Source of the DNA: Octopus vulgaris
Taxonomy: Eukaryota
Reading direction: 5' to 3'
Assembly (NCBI GenBank): GCA_951406725.2
Contig: OX597823.1
Location: 111,538,001-111,602,000, forward strand
DNA length: 64,000 bases
In this document: positions 13,729 to 28,364 of the stretch, in pieces
Layout: every line of letters starts with the position of its first letter
Numbering within the stretch: position 1 is the stretch's first letter
The notes under the pieces: model-generated
The model's input: only the letters and a program-made list of their open reading frames with translations
Databases searched by the model: none
Told to the model about the DNA's origin: nothing
Position numbers and translations under genes: made by a program

Positions 13729-14236
13729 CATCTCATCTCATCTCGTCTAGTTTCAGCTCACGAGCTGTGGCCATGCTGGGGCACTGCCATTCGGTGTTGC
13801 TACATGATTTTACTTCACGAATGCTTTTTAGCAATTGGCATTTGGTGCATGAGAGAGTTTGATGCAGCTGCTCTCATCTGCACCTCCTGCCGTGAAGATG
13901 GTTCATCTGGGACACCTGAGAGGCAGAGGTCCAGCTTTATTTTAAAGACATCTGCATCCACCCCATGCAGGTCTCTCAGGTTCTTCGGGAGGATATGGAA
14001 GAGCTGTGGACCTCTGAAGCCCAGGCTATTGCAGTATCTTTTCCTACATCTTGATGGCAAATTTGGAGTCCTTGGCACTATGCCCTGGTGCCCAGTTCTA
14101 GTATTTGTGTAACTCTCGATGCCAAAGTTTGGGACAAGTCCTTCCAGGATCTTTCAGATGTATGTTATGGCATATCTTTCTCACCTACGCTCTAAGGAAT
14201 AGAGTCTTAATCTCTTGAGTCTTTCCCAATAGCTTA
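13729..14236 (-). mobile_element. CR1/L2-group LINE 3' end (ORF2 C-terminus and 3' UTR)
   Basis: YWERLKRLRLYSLERR..KILEGLVPNF..RGPQLFHILPKNLR..FKIKLD..VPDEP, with a (GAGAT)n tail. Confidence 0.85.
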
Positions 14237-15214
14237 TCAAATAAGCTTTGTGAAAAAATCAATAATTGATGAGTGCTGATTATTTTTCTAGCCCTGAAGG
14301 GATGAACCAGTAGTTGTGATGTAGTTCAAGCTATGTTGCCTAGGCACAGGTGTGGTTGTCTAATAAAAAGTATGTTTCCAAACCACATGGCTCTAGGTTC
14401 ATTCCCACTGTATGGCACCTTGAGGCTAATGCTAGCAACTCTCCTCAAAAAATGGGAAATAAATTTCTTGCATAGAGAAAATTTTTACTTTTATTCATTA
14501 ATCAGTGATAGCTACAGACAGATGTCATCCATGTTTGACCTCCAGAGAGAAGCAGTCATCTCAAACATGCATGAATATAGAAAAAGAAAAATAAAGAACA
14601 AAATTTCATCTCTATAATGATGGTGTTGTTGAGGTTTAGGCCCTGATCAATGTCATTAGGTAGATCTATGACCAAAGCTCATCCATCCATGACCATCTCA
14701 TCTTATTGTGAAACAATGCATCTAGGACTGCATTATTTAATGTTTATTATTTTGTAAGACAATAAAGTATGAATGGCAAAGGAATTCAGTGCTTATATCT
14801 AGCAGGTCAAGTAGCCATATAAAGTGCCTCCCATTGGCTTATAGTGGGTCAGCTGACCACATGAAGTGGCTTCCTAGTTGACCTGTAAGTTTGAACAATT
14901 TTCTATAACCTGAAATATGAAGCAAAAAAAGAGAAAAAGAATTAATTTAACATTTACAGTGTGTAGTATTGATTTCTAACATAACTGAATGTAATATTGT
15001 CTTAAACTACATTCATATATCTTTGTTTTATGAAAATATTTTTAGTTGATATGTTGACACTTTAGTTTACCCTTCAGCTATATTACAAAAGCAAAACAAA
15101 AATTGGAATAAAGGAAGTCAATGGAGCTTCTACATACAGACAAAACGGAATATAATACATTCATAAAATACAATAATATATCTACATCTGTGTACAGATA
15201 TGTTCCCACACAAA

Positions 15215-15607
15215 TCTCTCTCTATATAAAGCTGAAGTTGTCTGTGTATGGCAGATTTGGCAGCCTTCAACTAACACTATCTCCTCCGAGATCCTGCTGC
15301 ACAAGTTGACCAAAATTGAGAGTATGATAGAAGAAGGCTTGCTCTTCCTTCCATAGGAGTAAAAATTCAAATCGGACCATGTTAACACCAAAAATTATTT
15401 ACATCAAAAAGGTGCTTTTTTTCTATGAAGATCCCTATTTTTTACAATTTTTTTTATTGTTGTGTCGCCATTTTTCGGTGTATTTCAACCAGAAAAATGT
15501 TCACTTAAAGAGAATACCAAGTTACATAATGCAAAGTTTTTACTTTTCAAAAATTTTAATTCTAAAGGGTCGAAATAAACCCGAGCAACGCTAGGCTATA
15601 CTACTAG
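15215..15607 (+). mobile_element. Non-autonomous Helitron
   Basis: 5' TC, 3' CCCGAGCAACGCTAGG hairpin remnant plus CTAG, inserted between A and T. Second copy at 37945-38335. Confidence 0.85.
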
Positions 15608-15859
15608 TTAATATATATGCATGCATGTATGTGTGTATGGTTATACACGCATGTAATAATTCACTTTTTAGCTAACACTGTATGCATTGACCATATGTTG
15701 TAAACACCTCTTCATATAAGATATCTCTTCAGGCAGAAAAAGCAGCATCAGCAGAACTATTTTCAATCCTGACTTTGAATTATCTATTTTTTATTTTTAT
15801 ATATAACGTATAAATATTAATTACTTATTCTTTATTTTACAGCTTCGATAATGAGTGGT

Positions 15860-17327
15860 GAAAATATTGCAATTAGAACCATTTTATACTATCAGTGGAA
15901 AAAAGGATTGAGGTGCAAGGGCAGAGGCAAAAGAAATTAAGGATGTAGATGGCCCAGGAACTGTCAATACACATGCAGCAAAAACTGGTTCTGCTGTTCC
16001 AAGTAAAGTGACACCAGTCATGAAGACAAATGAAGGCCATGGAGCTTTTCTGTTTTGTAAGATGAGGCCTTGCTTCAAAACATTGAATAATAGCCAATCA
16101 CAAGCATTCATAAATTGTTGGCAGAACATGGTCCTTCACAAAGCTTCATCAGTTGACTGATGCAGTTTGTTTGTTTGTTTGTTGAGTGAAGCGGTCTTTG
16201 TCCGTAGTGGGAGAAGTCTGATATGTAGTCCTATGCTATTCATAAGACCTGCAGAAGAGAAAGCAGGTCAACCCCCGACACCGAGCGCATCGACAGATGG
16301 ATGAATGTGCATCCAGGCTCAGTGGTTGTGTAGGAAGTCATGGACACGAAACAAGAAGAAAGAGTGAGAGACAGTTAGAGCGAAAGAGTACAATAGGGGT
16401 CGCTACCACCCCCTGAGGGAGCCTCATGGAGCTTTAGGTGTTTTCACTCAATAAACACATACAACGCCCGGTCTGGGAATCGAAACCACGATCCTCCGAC
16501 CGCGAGTCCGCTGCCCTAACCACTGGGCCATTGTGCCTCCATGACTGATGCTGTTGAGAGGTTCCTCATGTACTGACCAATGATCTGAATCGACAACATT
16601 TAAACATTTGCAAACAACTGCTCACAAGTCATTGGGATGCCAAATTTTGGCATTAAATTGTAAGCATGGATGAAAAATGGATCTATTTGTTTAATCCTAA
16701 TGAAAGAAATCAATGGCTTCATTCTGGCCAGACTTCAGAATCTGTTGTTAAAGACAGCAGCTTGAAGAGAAGATCATGTTGTGTTTGGAGGAATTTCAAT
16801 CATGTGTTGCACTTTGAATTTATCCCATCTGGTCATGCTGTGAACATTAACCTTTATGCCCAACAACTGCAGTAAGTATATGATGTTTTGAAAGACCACA
16901 TCTACCTGGCGTTGGTCAATTGAAAATGTGCATTCTTACAGCATGACAATGCCCTAGCACAAACTGTCAAAGTGACCAAGTAAAAACTCAAAGAACTGAT
17001 GGAGTTGGAAGTGTTGCCTCACCCTGTCAACAGTCTGGTATTGATCAACAGTCTAGACCTTGCATTATCAGATTACCACATTTTCTGAGCCATGGCACAT
17101 ACCCTGCATGGCCAGAGGTTCAACAATGTGGATTAGGTAGAAAACGTGGGCAGAGAGTTTTTTGCATCTAAACCAGCCGAACGGTATAAGCATTGAATTG
17201 TACTTTTGGCACAATTGCAGCAGACAGTAAAATATGTTTGCATATATTTTGATGAATAAATGCTTCCCATATGTAATTTGTTTGCATTGTTAATTAAAAC
17301 TTGAAATAAGAAAAAAGTTTTGAGTCT

Positions 17328-17330
<3 letters not shown>
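15860..17330 (+). pseudogene. Decayed mariner (DD34D-type) transposase, interrupted by a SINE
   Basis: HTH-like N-terminus, VPHVLT, MDEKWIY, HDNA, LPHP..SLDLALSDYHIF motifs. Many stops and frameshifts. Confidence 0.9.
16164..16541 (-). mobile_element. tRNA-derived SINE with target-site duplication
   Basis: Head TGGAGGCACAATGGCCCAGTGGTTAGGGC and GGTTTCGATTCCC, (AAAC)n tail. TSD TGACTGATGC at 16154-16163 and 16542-16551. Confidence 0.92.
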
Positions 17331-17359
<29 letters not shown>

Positions 17360-17361
<2 letters not shown>

Positions 17362-17841
17362 GTGTACATTTAAACACATAACAAGCATCCATTATAGGAC
17401 TCCTTGCATGCTAGAGAGAACAGTTAAATTCCAAACCACTATTAGGGATAATATTTCGAACGGAATGAGAAATAAAAATATTTACCATCTAACTCCTGGA
17501 CCAATAGTTTCAGACATTTTTTAGCAAATAAAATAATTTGCCAGGTGGAGTCTTCTTCAGCAGGTACACCTTAGATTAAACATATATACACGAGGCAATC
17601 CAGTATATACCCCATGCTTATACATTCTAATTTTTCAAATCTACCACACAAGCACAGCTCCTTGTCAGCAGTAAATAAAAAATGCTGGTTTTTCAATTTG
17701 AAAATTATCCAGATGATAAATGTTTTTATTTTTCATTCCCTTCAAAATTTTATCCCTAATAGCGGTTTGGAATTTAACTGTTGTCTCTAGCGTGTAGGTA
17801 GTCCTATGATGGTTACCTCTTATGTGGTTAAATATACACTG
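17360..17841. mobile_element. Tc1/mariner-type MITE with about 130 bp TIRs
   Basis: Termini CAGTGTA..TACACTG followed by TA. Arms share AACAGTTAAATTCCAAACC-CTATTAGGGATAA. Confidence 0.85.
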
Positions 17842-17939
17842 TATTTATATGAATAATATATAGTCTATTGACTAAATTTTTACACACTAGGCCACTGGTA
17901 ATGGAAATATCTAATATTTCTGATTACCCTTTGATATTA

Positions 17940-17989
<50 letters not shown>

Positions 17990-18860
17990 TATATAGTAAA
18001 TCCCAAAAAGTAAACAACAAACATAAAAAAGCAACAATGCAAGGACGTGGTACATGCAAATTATTAGAAGATGCTCAGGGAAGGAAAGAAATGTGGTTTA
18101 ACATTTCGAACAAAGCTCTTCTTCAGAAACAGAGTAAAGTCCAATGGAAAAGGAAGATGGAGAAAAAAAAAATCGCCAACAATTCACATGTGATTCACTC
18201 AACAACCAATGTTGGTGTGTTTATGTCCCCCATGCAACAGAGAATGATGCAATAAGTACTTGGCTTTCAAATATTAAGTCCTGGGGTTGATATGTTCAAC
18301 TAAAGGCAGTAATCCAGCATGGCTGCAGTCAAATGACTGAAACAAGTAAAAGAACAAAAGAATATATATATATACATACAAATATCAAGACTAGAGTATA
18401 AATGATCAAATTATTTCTTTATAACATCTTTACATGTGTTTCAGTAAATGTTGAAAGTCAGATTATGGGAAAATTTCCTTATATGCCTTTAACATTCATG
18501 TCATGCTATATGAAATAGGATTCTTCCCTATTTTCTTCTGAGACACTTCCATAACATTATTAAAGAATAGATGGGGATATAAAATGTCCGTTATATACTG
18601 AGTATGTTCAGATGCACTTTGACATGAAAATATATCATTATAATCAACATACACAATTACAACAGACCTGATGCAAGGGGTTACAAAGAATTATTTAGAA
18701 CACACAGCAAAATTTCACATCAAAATATTTCATTATTCTTTGCTATACAACCTAAAATATTTTGCATAAAACTTTAGCAACATATATATATAAATATATA
18801 TATTCATGTATATATATATACAAATAAATATACATATATACATACATACATACATATATA

Positions 18861-18933
<73 letters not shown>

Positions 18934-18976
18934 GAACATATATGTATGCATGTACAAGTAAGAATATATATATATG

Positions 18977-19028
<52 letters not shown>

Positions 19029-19503
19029 GATGTGAGTATGCATCATTTTGTGTATGTGCATATGTGCATGCATGTTTGTATATAATACAGAAATTTCTAA
19101 TGATTTAGTTTTGAATGGTAGTTTGTGGATTGTCTTAAGATGACTTGTTGTTCTTCCTATCATACAACAATTACACTAAGGAACGACTAATGGTCTTCCA
19201 ACGAAATTTTGTGATGCATAAAATTCGTTGTGATATTTTGATCTTGGCAAGAATTTTGTCTCCAAGGAATGTCAAAAAGAGAGTTTGGTAAGGTATGGGA
19301 AGACAATAAAAATATATGTTTGTGTGTTTAGCCAAATAAATTTACGTGTGTATGTGCACTATGTATATATGCACACACATGTCTGTGGGTAATTGTACAA
19401 ATATTTGTATATACGTGTGTCAATATTATTCACATAAATATATAAAGATATTATAAAAATATGTATATATATATATATGCTTATAAATGTGTATGTATAT
19501 ATA

Positions 19504-19562
<59 letters not shown>

Positions 19563-20039
19563 AAATGTATGTAAATGTCTGTATATATTTTTATATATAA
19601 GTTTATACATATATATGTGTGTGTCTATATACATATATATATCTGTGTGTATGTTATATATATATATATATGCATGTATTTATAGGTGTACATATGCGTG
19701 TATATATATGTATATAAATATATTGATGTAACAGTGTGCATGCGTTTATGTATGTATGTGTGTATGTATGTTTCTGTATAAATACACATGTGTGTGTGTG
19801 TTTATGCACAACGTAAACAAAACAAAGTTATGGAGACATATAAATGTAATAAGAAATTAGAGAAGATATTGCAAACGATTAAATGTACAAAAGCAAAAAG
19901 GAAATATAAATATGAAATAAATATAAGATGTAGAACTAGAGTGAAGTCTAATAAAACTGATTCAATATATAATTGATCATCAAGTACTTTATATTCACAT
20001 ACACACGTGTGCTTGTATGAAGTGTAGGTATATATATGT

Positions 20040-20154
<115 letters not shown>

Positions 20155-20536
20155 TAAATATATGTGGACTCACACATATATATACATATATATGTATGTA
20201 TGTATATATTTATACACACTCATATATTTATACACACTCATATATTTATATACACATTCATGTATATATACAGACATACATGCTCACATACAGATACACA
20301 CATACACGCATTCACGCACAGACATACACGTATGCTTATTTAGATATATTTATATATATAACATTATGCATGTATATATAATATATATAATATATATAAT
20401 ATATGTGTGTGTATGTGTATTTAAGCACACATATACATACAAACATACATATATTCATAAATATATATGTATACGTACGCACACACGTGCACACACATAT
20501 AGATAAAATACATCAAGTAAAGGACGTCACCAATGA

Positions 20537-20701
<165 letters not shown>

Positions 20702-21103
20702 ACATACATACGCACCATCATTAGTCATGTTGCCACAATGAAATGCTCTTAGTACACTCTGTTAAGTGGTTTATGTTGCAAAGGTATCCTGCCATAGAAC
20801 CCTTGCAAAAAGTTATACATAGAAACACAAGGTTCTCTCACCAGTCTAATATGGCAGGCTTCTAAATTCAGGATATGCTGACATAGAAAACGGATGTAAA
20901 ATAACGAGGATGAAATATATATACTTAAACAAACACACAAACACACAGACATGCACACACAAACATATATACACATACATGCGTATTTTATTGTTCTAGC
21001 AATCATAACGTAATACATTACTATCTTTGGAGTTCATTATTGTTCTATGTATTCTATGTTATCCTTGCACATATCTTATAGGGGCCATGCTACACCACAC
21101 AAT

Positions 21104-21164
<61 letters not shown>

Positions 21165-22095
21165 ATATATGTATATATATGTATGTATGTATGAAAGTAT
21201 GTATCCATATATATATATGTGTATATTCATATATATATATAGGTGTGTGTGTGTGTATGTATATATATATGTGTATGTGTGTGTGCATGTATATATATAT
21301 ATATATATATAATAAATATATAATAATAAATAAAACATATGCATATATACATATATGTAGGTACCTACCTCTACATGTATATATACACGCATATATGGGT
21401 ACAGGACATAAAAAAAACGTCGAACACGATGAGAAACGAAAACATAAACACAAAACCAAGGAACTGGACATATTTCTTAAACAACGAAATAATAGAGTAC
21501 AGGACAAATAACACAAGGAAAATTCCCCTTTTTCAGTCGCCATGGATTCATCTACTCTGCGTTTCGAAGGTGAAGGCGATACGCATCTTCGATAGAAACT
21601 TTCCTTCCCGCGAAAAGCAAATTAAATAAAATTTGAGATCTTTTTGCGGAGGGGTAAAAATGGTAACAAAAACAGGACAGTAACGACAGTACAAAATATA
21701 ACGAGTAAAAGACAGGACAAGGAGAATAACAAGACAAGAAGTGTTGTTATATTGCCCAGATTAAAGAAAATAAAGAAATTTCAAAATGCCTTTTAGATCT
21801 CTAACAAACATGAAACATAGACTATGCAGGACTGACCTCCTAGTAGCTGAGATACCAACTTTATGCGTTAATAACCCAGTATTTCTCAGGTTATTGAAAT
21901 TAATGAAATTTAAGTCTGCCTTTAAAATCCCTAAGTAAAATGAACATGGATTATGCAGTTGTCAACTGCCATTAGCTGTGGTACCAACTGTATATGTCAA
22001 TAACATGTTTTTTCTGATGTTAAAATTGTTAAAACAGCAGTTAGTTCTTTGTCTTTGCAATCACCTTCAATAGGCAGTACTTATTTGAAACACGT

Positions 22096-22185
<90 letters not shown>

Positions 22186-22842
22186 TAGATAATGGATGTA
22201 AATATACACATGCATATATAGAATTGCATACATGTATACGTGTGTAGGTATTTATTCATATATGTGCGTAAAATTTATAAACAAAAGATAGTAGGAAGAG
22301 GCTTTAATGCAAATCACAAGTTTTCCTCAGCATTAGTAACAGCTGTTAGTCGCTGAGTTCCTCGTATTTTCCATATTCTACATATTATTATATAAATATT
22401 ATAGAGACGTGATGCAGTAATAGTTGTGCACTCACACATCATCAGATGAGTGACTTTGAGAGCACCGTTGGATCACCTATAGTCTCCCATAGATTTACAC
22501 CCAAATTCTATTTTTAGCATACTGTTAATAAAGAGCAACATCGATTCAAATAGACACAAGAGAAGAAAAATTCCAAATAAACTAATGGAAATAAAAATCA
22601 AAACTATAAATCAGAAAATAAGTAGACCAAAATTAATCAATCAAAAAATAAACAAATTAAACGTATCAAATATAAATTAACAAAACTCCAAATTCAGTCT
22701 TTTCTTTAACATAAATATGTCTCACATTTCATGAAGATAGATTAACAGTCTAAGAAAATAATGTTGCCAAAATATAAACGAGAAGGATTCACTATGTCTA
22801 TTGTCTAGTGTGTGTGTATATTCACATACATACATACATACA

Positions 22843-22878
<36 letters not shown>

Positions 22879-22890
22879 TATATGTATATG

Positions 22891-22956
<66 letters not shown>

Positions 22957-22959
<3 letters not shown>

Positions 22960-23140
22960 AAAGTTTACGAAAAAAACAAAAGACGAAGACAGGTGGTGTA
23001 CAAAACAAACAGATGTATTAGTATAACGCTCAGGAATAGAAAAAGTCTTTTACGTTTCGAGCCTACGCTCTTCTACAGAAAGGGACACAGAAAAAACAAG
23101 GAGAGAAAAAAATGTGTGTAGTGGCTAACGATCTATCATA
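22957..23140 (-). mobile_element. Repeat family D copy with hammerhead-like fold at 23045-23086
   Basis: Minus strand reads GTCCCTTT CTGTAGAA GAGC GTAG GCTC GAAA CG TA AAAGAC. Flanked by (TA)n. Confidence 0.75.
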
Positions 23141-23371
23141 TAGATATATATATATATGTAATACATTTGTAAATCTCTCAGAGAAATTTATACAGTAGTA
23201 ACACTATAATGTGGTGGTTTGTTGTCAACTTAATGTGACAGTCCCATGAAATGGAATAATACTATTGCTATTTAAGCCTAGGAAGCACTGCTTCCCGTCG
23301 CCCTTGACACACTTCCTGTATCCTTATGTTTACAAAGGGGAGATAAGCACCTCAACCCAGCAAAGCCACCT

Positions 23372-23414
23372 TCCAGAGACTAGTTTCTGAGTCATTGCTC
23401 GTCATCAGTCTGGA
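23372..23414 (-). ncRNA. Minimal type I hammerhead ribozyme, canonical core
   Basis: Minus strand reads TCCAGA CTGATGA CGAGCAATGACTCA GAAA CTAG TC TCTGGA. 6 bp stem I, GUC triplet, palindromic ACTAGT stem III. Confidence 0.85.
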
Positions 23415-23610
23415 GTAGCATATATATAACAGAGATTATAGAAATGACAAGACAACAAGAAATAATGTAATGAAATTTATTACATAATTTCTTGTAGTCT
23501 TCTCAGTTTATGATCTGTTATGACACTCTGTGCTCAACAGACATTTGTTTCTGAAGCACACATATATTGGGTTCTAACATCAGGTGATTAGAATTGTTTA
23601 TGCTTTAATG

Positions 23611-23684
<74 letters not shown>

Positions 23685-23697
23685 CATACACACACAC

Positions 23698-23730
<33 letters not shown>

Positions 23731-24214
23731 CATATATACTATAATGTACAGCTCTTAACAGTTTTACACATAGAAGATATTATCTAGGCAGGTTTTAAAA
23801 GATACCTAGTGTCTCCAAGTATCTTCATGTTCTGGGCAAACGGTCTATACAAGATAGAAATCAGGACAATAAATGAAAAGAAAAAATGAGATGAAAGTGT
23901 TGAAAAAGTTGAATGATGATAAACATGGCAAAAGGGAGGAAGAGAGAAAATAAAGGAGAAATAGAGTTATGTCCCTTTTGACCATAGAGATGTAAGTCTA
24001 GGTAGTGTGAAAGTAATAGATCTAAGGTCTGTGATACTGCTGGTCAACACAGAGACGGTGGTGTTCTCCAGTTCACTAAAAGAAACTTACCCATATGTTT
24101 GCCTTTGTTCAAACTTTGTGATAAGGAATTCCGTAATGTGGTAGTTTTTTTTAGGTCTAAAAAGGATCTGCAATCATTTAGTTACATATAACTTGCATTT
24201 TTGATCCATTAGCA

Positions 24215-24630
24215 TACTCTCTTTTACTCTTTACTCTTTTACTCGTTTCAGTCATTTGACTGCGGCCATGCTGGAGCACTGCCTTTAGTCGAGCAAATCG
24301 ACCCCGGGACTTATTCTTTGTAAGCCCAGTACTTATTCTATCGGTCTCTTTTGCTGAACCACTAAGTGACGGGGATGTAAACACACCAGCATTAGTCGTC
24401 AAGCAATGCTAGGGGGACAAACACAGACACAAACATATACACACACACTTATATATATATACATATATACGACAGGCTTCTTTCAGTTTCCGTCTACCAA
24501 ATCCACTCACAAGGCATTGGTCGTCCCGGGGCTATAGCAGAAGACACTTGCCCAAGGTGCCACGCAGTGGGACTGAACCCGGAACCATGTGGTTGGTTAG
24601 CAAGCTACTTACCACACAGCCACTCCTGCG
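24215..24630 (-). mobile_element. SINE family B, full length
   Basis: Colinear with 3925-4351. Confidence 0.95.
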
Positions 24631-24719
24631 GCATGAATTTGTTATGATTTTCCGCTTAATTATATGTAGCATGGAATTGGTCCTCAAATCTCATATGTGA
24701 TTAACCAATTTACTGGATT

Positions 24720-25130
24720 TACTTTTTTCAGTACTGGAAAGAAGAAAGGTGGTTAGTATAGCATCTTCTGAAATCGCCTTTGCATAACCCAATGTAATTC
24801 TTCCTTTCAGTTTGGTTACCATGTAGCATTGCTGTAACTTCTGTCATATATGACAGTCTATCATGCACCCCTGCTTGAGTGGACAAGCTCCAATGTCTCG
24901 ACAGTTACAACTGGGAGTGAGTTCTTGCTGGTGTTTGAGGGTAATAATGCTCCTCATATCGGGGCAGCAGCTATCTGATGATTTAATTGAGCATATATTG
25001 AATATCTTTCTGTATTTATGATTTTCTGGAAAATGTTTACCCAAGTGAGACAGGAATCTTTTACCTACGTTAGTTATAACATTTAGGGAAGGGTGGGTCA
25101 AACCAATCCTTTTCTTAGCTCACTTAGGTC
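24720..25130 (-). pseudogene. Penelope-like element (Neptune-type) linker and GIY-YIG remnant
   Basis: NVITNVGKRFL..KHFPENHKYRKIFN..CNCRDIGACPLKQGC, then after a frameshift KNYIGLCKGDFRRCYTNHLSSF. Confidence 0.9.
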
Positions 25131-25413
25131 TTGAATTTTCTTGAGATTTCTCTTGTTCGCTTTTCTTGATTTGTAACATGTATAGGCCATGGGCACAGAG
25201 CATGAAGATTACTTGGAGACATTAGGCATGCTTTAAAAGTTGCCTAGTTATTATCTTCAATGTATGAAAAAATTAGTAGCTCACAGCTATACACTGTGTA
25301 CATTAAACTATATTTATCTCTCACAAGAGATCGTACCTTGACAGAAAAGTATACTATATATATAAATACATACATATATACATAATACATATATATATAT
25401 ATAAAAGAAGAAT

Positions 25414-25831
25414 AAGAAAATGGAAATTGGGAATTTAAATAATTGTTCATTATTAACAGCACATTAATCATTTTCACTTACAGCTGTTTCAATTAACAAT
25501 CAATAAATAGTAAGTAAATATTTAATTTATATTTATATGACCTTTGAGCATAATATCTTCAGAGAGAAAAAATATATACCCTTTGATGTTTCATATGTGT
25601 TTATGGATTCATTATAGCAGAGTGTTATTATGGATTCATTGTAACAGTCTGCTAATATGAATCCATACACACATATAAAATTTCCAAGCATATATCTTTT
25701 TCCCTCAGAAGATATTATGCTTAGGTCAATTATAAATTTAATATTTACTAAATATTAATTGAAACAGCTGTAAGGGAAGGTGATTAATATGCTGTTAACA
25801 ATTATTAACTTCCCAAATTCCATTTTCTTTT
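25414..25831. mobile_element. About 420 bp diverged fold-back with a hammerhead motif in each arm (25475-25566 -, 25702-25776 +)
   Basis: Arms are reverse-complementary. Right arm CCCT CAGAAGA..GAAA CAGCTG TA AGGG. Left arm retains CTGAAGA. Confidence 0.75.
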
Positions 25832-25984
25832 ATATGAATATAAACTAAATGTTTTTATACATACACCTATTATTTTAAGGAAAGTAATTCCCCCAAATAC
25901 TAGGTATTGAACCAGTATTTCCTTGGGTGAAGCCATTCCTTCGTGAGGTTAACACAACCTCTAATCAAGTTATGCATATATATA

Positions 25985-26063
<79 letters not shown>

Positions 26064-26070
26064 TTATAGG

Positions 26071-26148
<78 letters not shown>

Positions 26149-26174
26149 CACACTATGGCTGTGTGGTAATTTAT

Positions 26175-26322
26175 AGGCACACATGGCTGTGTGGTAAGAA
26201 GCTTGCTTCCCAACCAAATGATTCTGGGTTCGATTCCACTGCATGGCACCTTGAACGAGTGTCTTCTATGATAGCTTTGGGCTGACCAAAGCTTTGTGAG
26301 TGGGTTTGGGAGATAGCAACTA

Positions 26323-26354
<32 letters not shown>

Positions 26355-26468
26355 CTTTTTGCTTGTGTTCGTTCTAGCCACCACTGCTTGACAACTGATG
26401 TGTTTATGTCCTGGGGTCGATTTTCTCAGCATGGCTACAGTCAAAGGACTGAAATGAAAGAATAAAAG
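26175..26468 (+). mobile_element. SINE family B, internally deleted
   Basis: Head GGCACACATGGCTGTGTGGTAAG and tail CAGCATGGCTACAGTCAAAGGACTGAAA. Confidence 0.8.
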
Positions 26469-26549
26469 TATATAATTATATATATATATATATGTCTGTA
26501 TGTATATATGTGTGTGTGTGTATTTATATATGTATGTCTACACACACAT

Positions 26550-26625
<76 letters not shown>

Positions 26626-26651
26626 CACACACACACACATATTTATATATA

Positions 26652-27192
26652 AGTAGCTGAATAGCCCGTCATTGCCATGCAATCTATACAATAGAATGTC
26701 CTATATAAAGTTTGTTTATTCGATGTAAGAGCATGTTTTCCCCGACAGAGAGGCCTCTCGATCAGATAGGCTTCTTGCGCAATTTTTCACAAAATCCTTT
26801 GTTGTAAATTATGTATGTGGCTATTCAACCGTTTTACATGACTTTGTTCATTAAAACTTAAGAATTCAGAAGTTCTTACAACTTTGTTTGTCGCAATGCT
26901 TTGCTTTTGTTTGTTTAATACAAATTCCTCCTCCAAATGCACAAAATACCAGCTTGCAAATCCAATTTTATAAATAGGTAAAATAGATTGAACTTTAAGG
27001 CTCAGTAACATTTTGCTGTAATTTTTCTGAAACAAATACATAATAAAATCGGATTTAACGTGGAAAATTATTTCCATATACCAAAGTTAAAAATCTTTTA
27101 ACGTAATTTTAAAATCGCAGAATATGTGACAGCAACAGGGAAGACCCAACAAATGTAGATAGACGGACAGTTATAGGACGTGACACACACAC

Positions 27193-27249
<57 letters not shown>

Positions 27250-27260
27250 CACTTAAAAGC
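26652..27260 (-). mobile_element. Non-autonomous Helitron-like element
   Basis: Reverse-strand 3' end GGCAATGACGGGCTATTCAGCTA resembles the other Helitron ends. (TG)n near the 5' end. Confidence 0.5.
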
Positions 27261-27328
27261 GTACACGCAGGTAATCATGAGTTTGAAATGATGTACAGTA
27301 GACATATGTTTGTCTGTACGTACGTATG

Positions 27329-27361
<33 letters not shown>

Positions 27362-27873
27362 AAGTGTGTAGAAAATCCACCTGCCATCTCTCTTCCTAAA
27401 GCTACTTAATCGTCACACCCACATTTCTCTCGACTCCTCAGTGTTTTGAAAATTAGTTGTGTGTGTATGTGTGTGTGCATGCATGTGTATGCATGAATCT
27501 ATTTATTTACGAAAGTATGTATGCAGTGTCACGTGTATATGACAGCTGTATTAACGTTAATATCCCGTTGCCACTCCATATTTGTCACTTACAGAATGCT
27601 ATACCTCCTATCCCTGATATCAATCACACTCACTCTGCTACTACGTTTCCTTCAGGCTAATACTTTTTGCACCCGTCTCATTTTATCATATAATTTTCCC
27701 AACACCCCTAGGGACCACAGTATAAAATTTTATTGAAATCCAATTAGCCTATTATTGAACTGAATGTTAGTGTAACATGTATGCTAAGTTTGGTGAATAT
27801 TGATTTAGGCAATGTAATGCTTACAGAATATTGGGTTAGGCTATGAAATGGTTACAGACAGATAGAAATTGCC

Positions 27874-27930
<57 letters not shown>

Positions 27931-27992
27931 TTGTATATATTATATATATATATTTATATGCATATATATATATGTATGTATTTATGTATATG

Positions 27993-28059
<67 letters not shown>

Positions 28060-28063
<4 letters not shown>

Positions 28064-28326
28064 AAAATAATACACGGTAGAAAATGCTAAAATAATTTGA
28101 TCATGAAGTACATCTTAGTACCAGTTTCCTTCATTTAGACTTTTTCAACTAAGTGTAAATTAAGGGAAACAATTCAATTGAAGAAAAAAATTAGGTGAAA
28201 TGTTTTGTAAATATTTCCATAGTCTTAAAATAGTCTCTCTCTCTCTCTCTCTCTCTCTTCCTTTGTGAATGCTTGGTAGGTAGGTAGTAGTAAACCTAAT
28301 AGCACTACCTACCAAGCATTCACAAA

Positions 28327-28364
<38 letters not shown>

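Noticed and set aside
18420-18545. GAAACACATGTA motif on the minus strand (similar weak case at 5882-5920)
   Set aside because: Stem III-like palindrome is present but no convincing core, so it was not counted.
21550-21600. Possible hammerhead on the minus strand (TCTA TCGAAGA..GAAACGCAGAG TAGA)
   Set aside because: No U16.1, mismatched 3:8 pair and poor stem II; too degenerate.
22400-22455. CTGATGA followed by a TGTG/CACA stem on the minus strand
   Set aside because: No GAAA or cleavage triplet follows.
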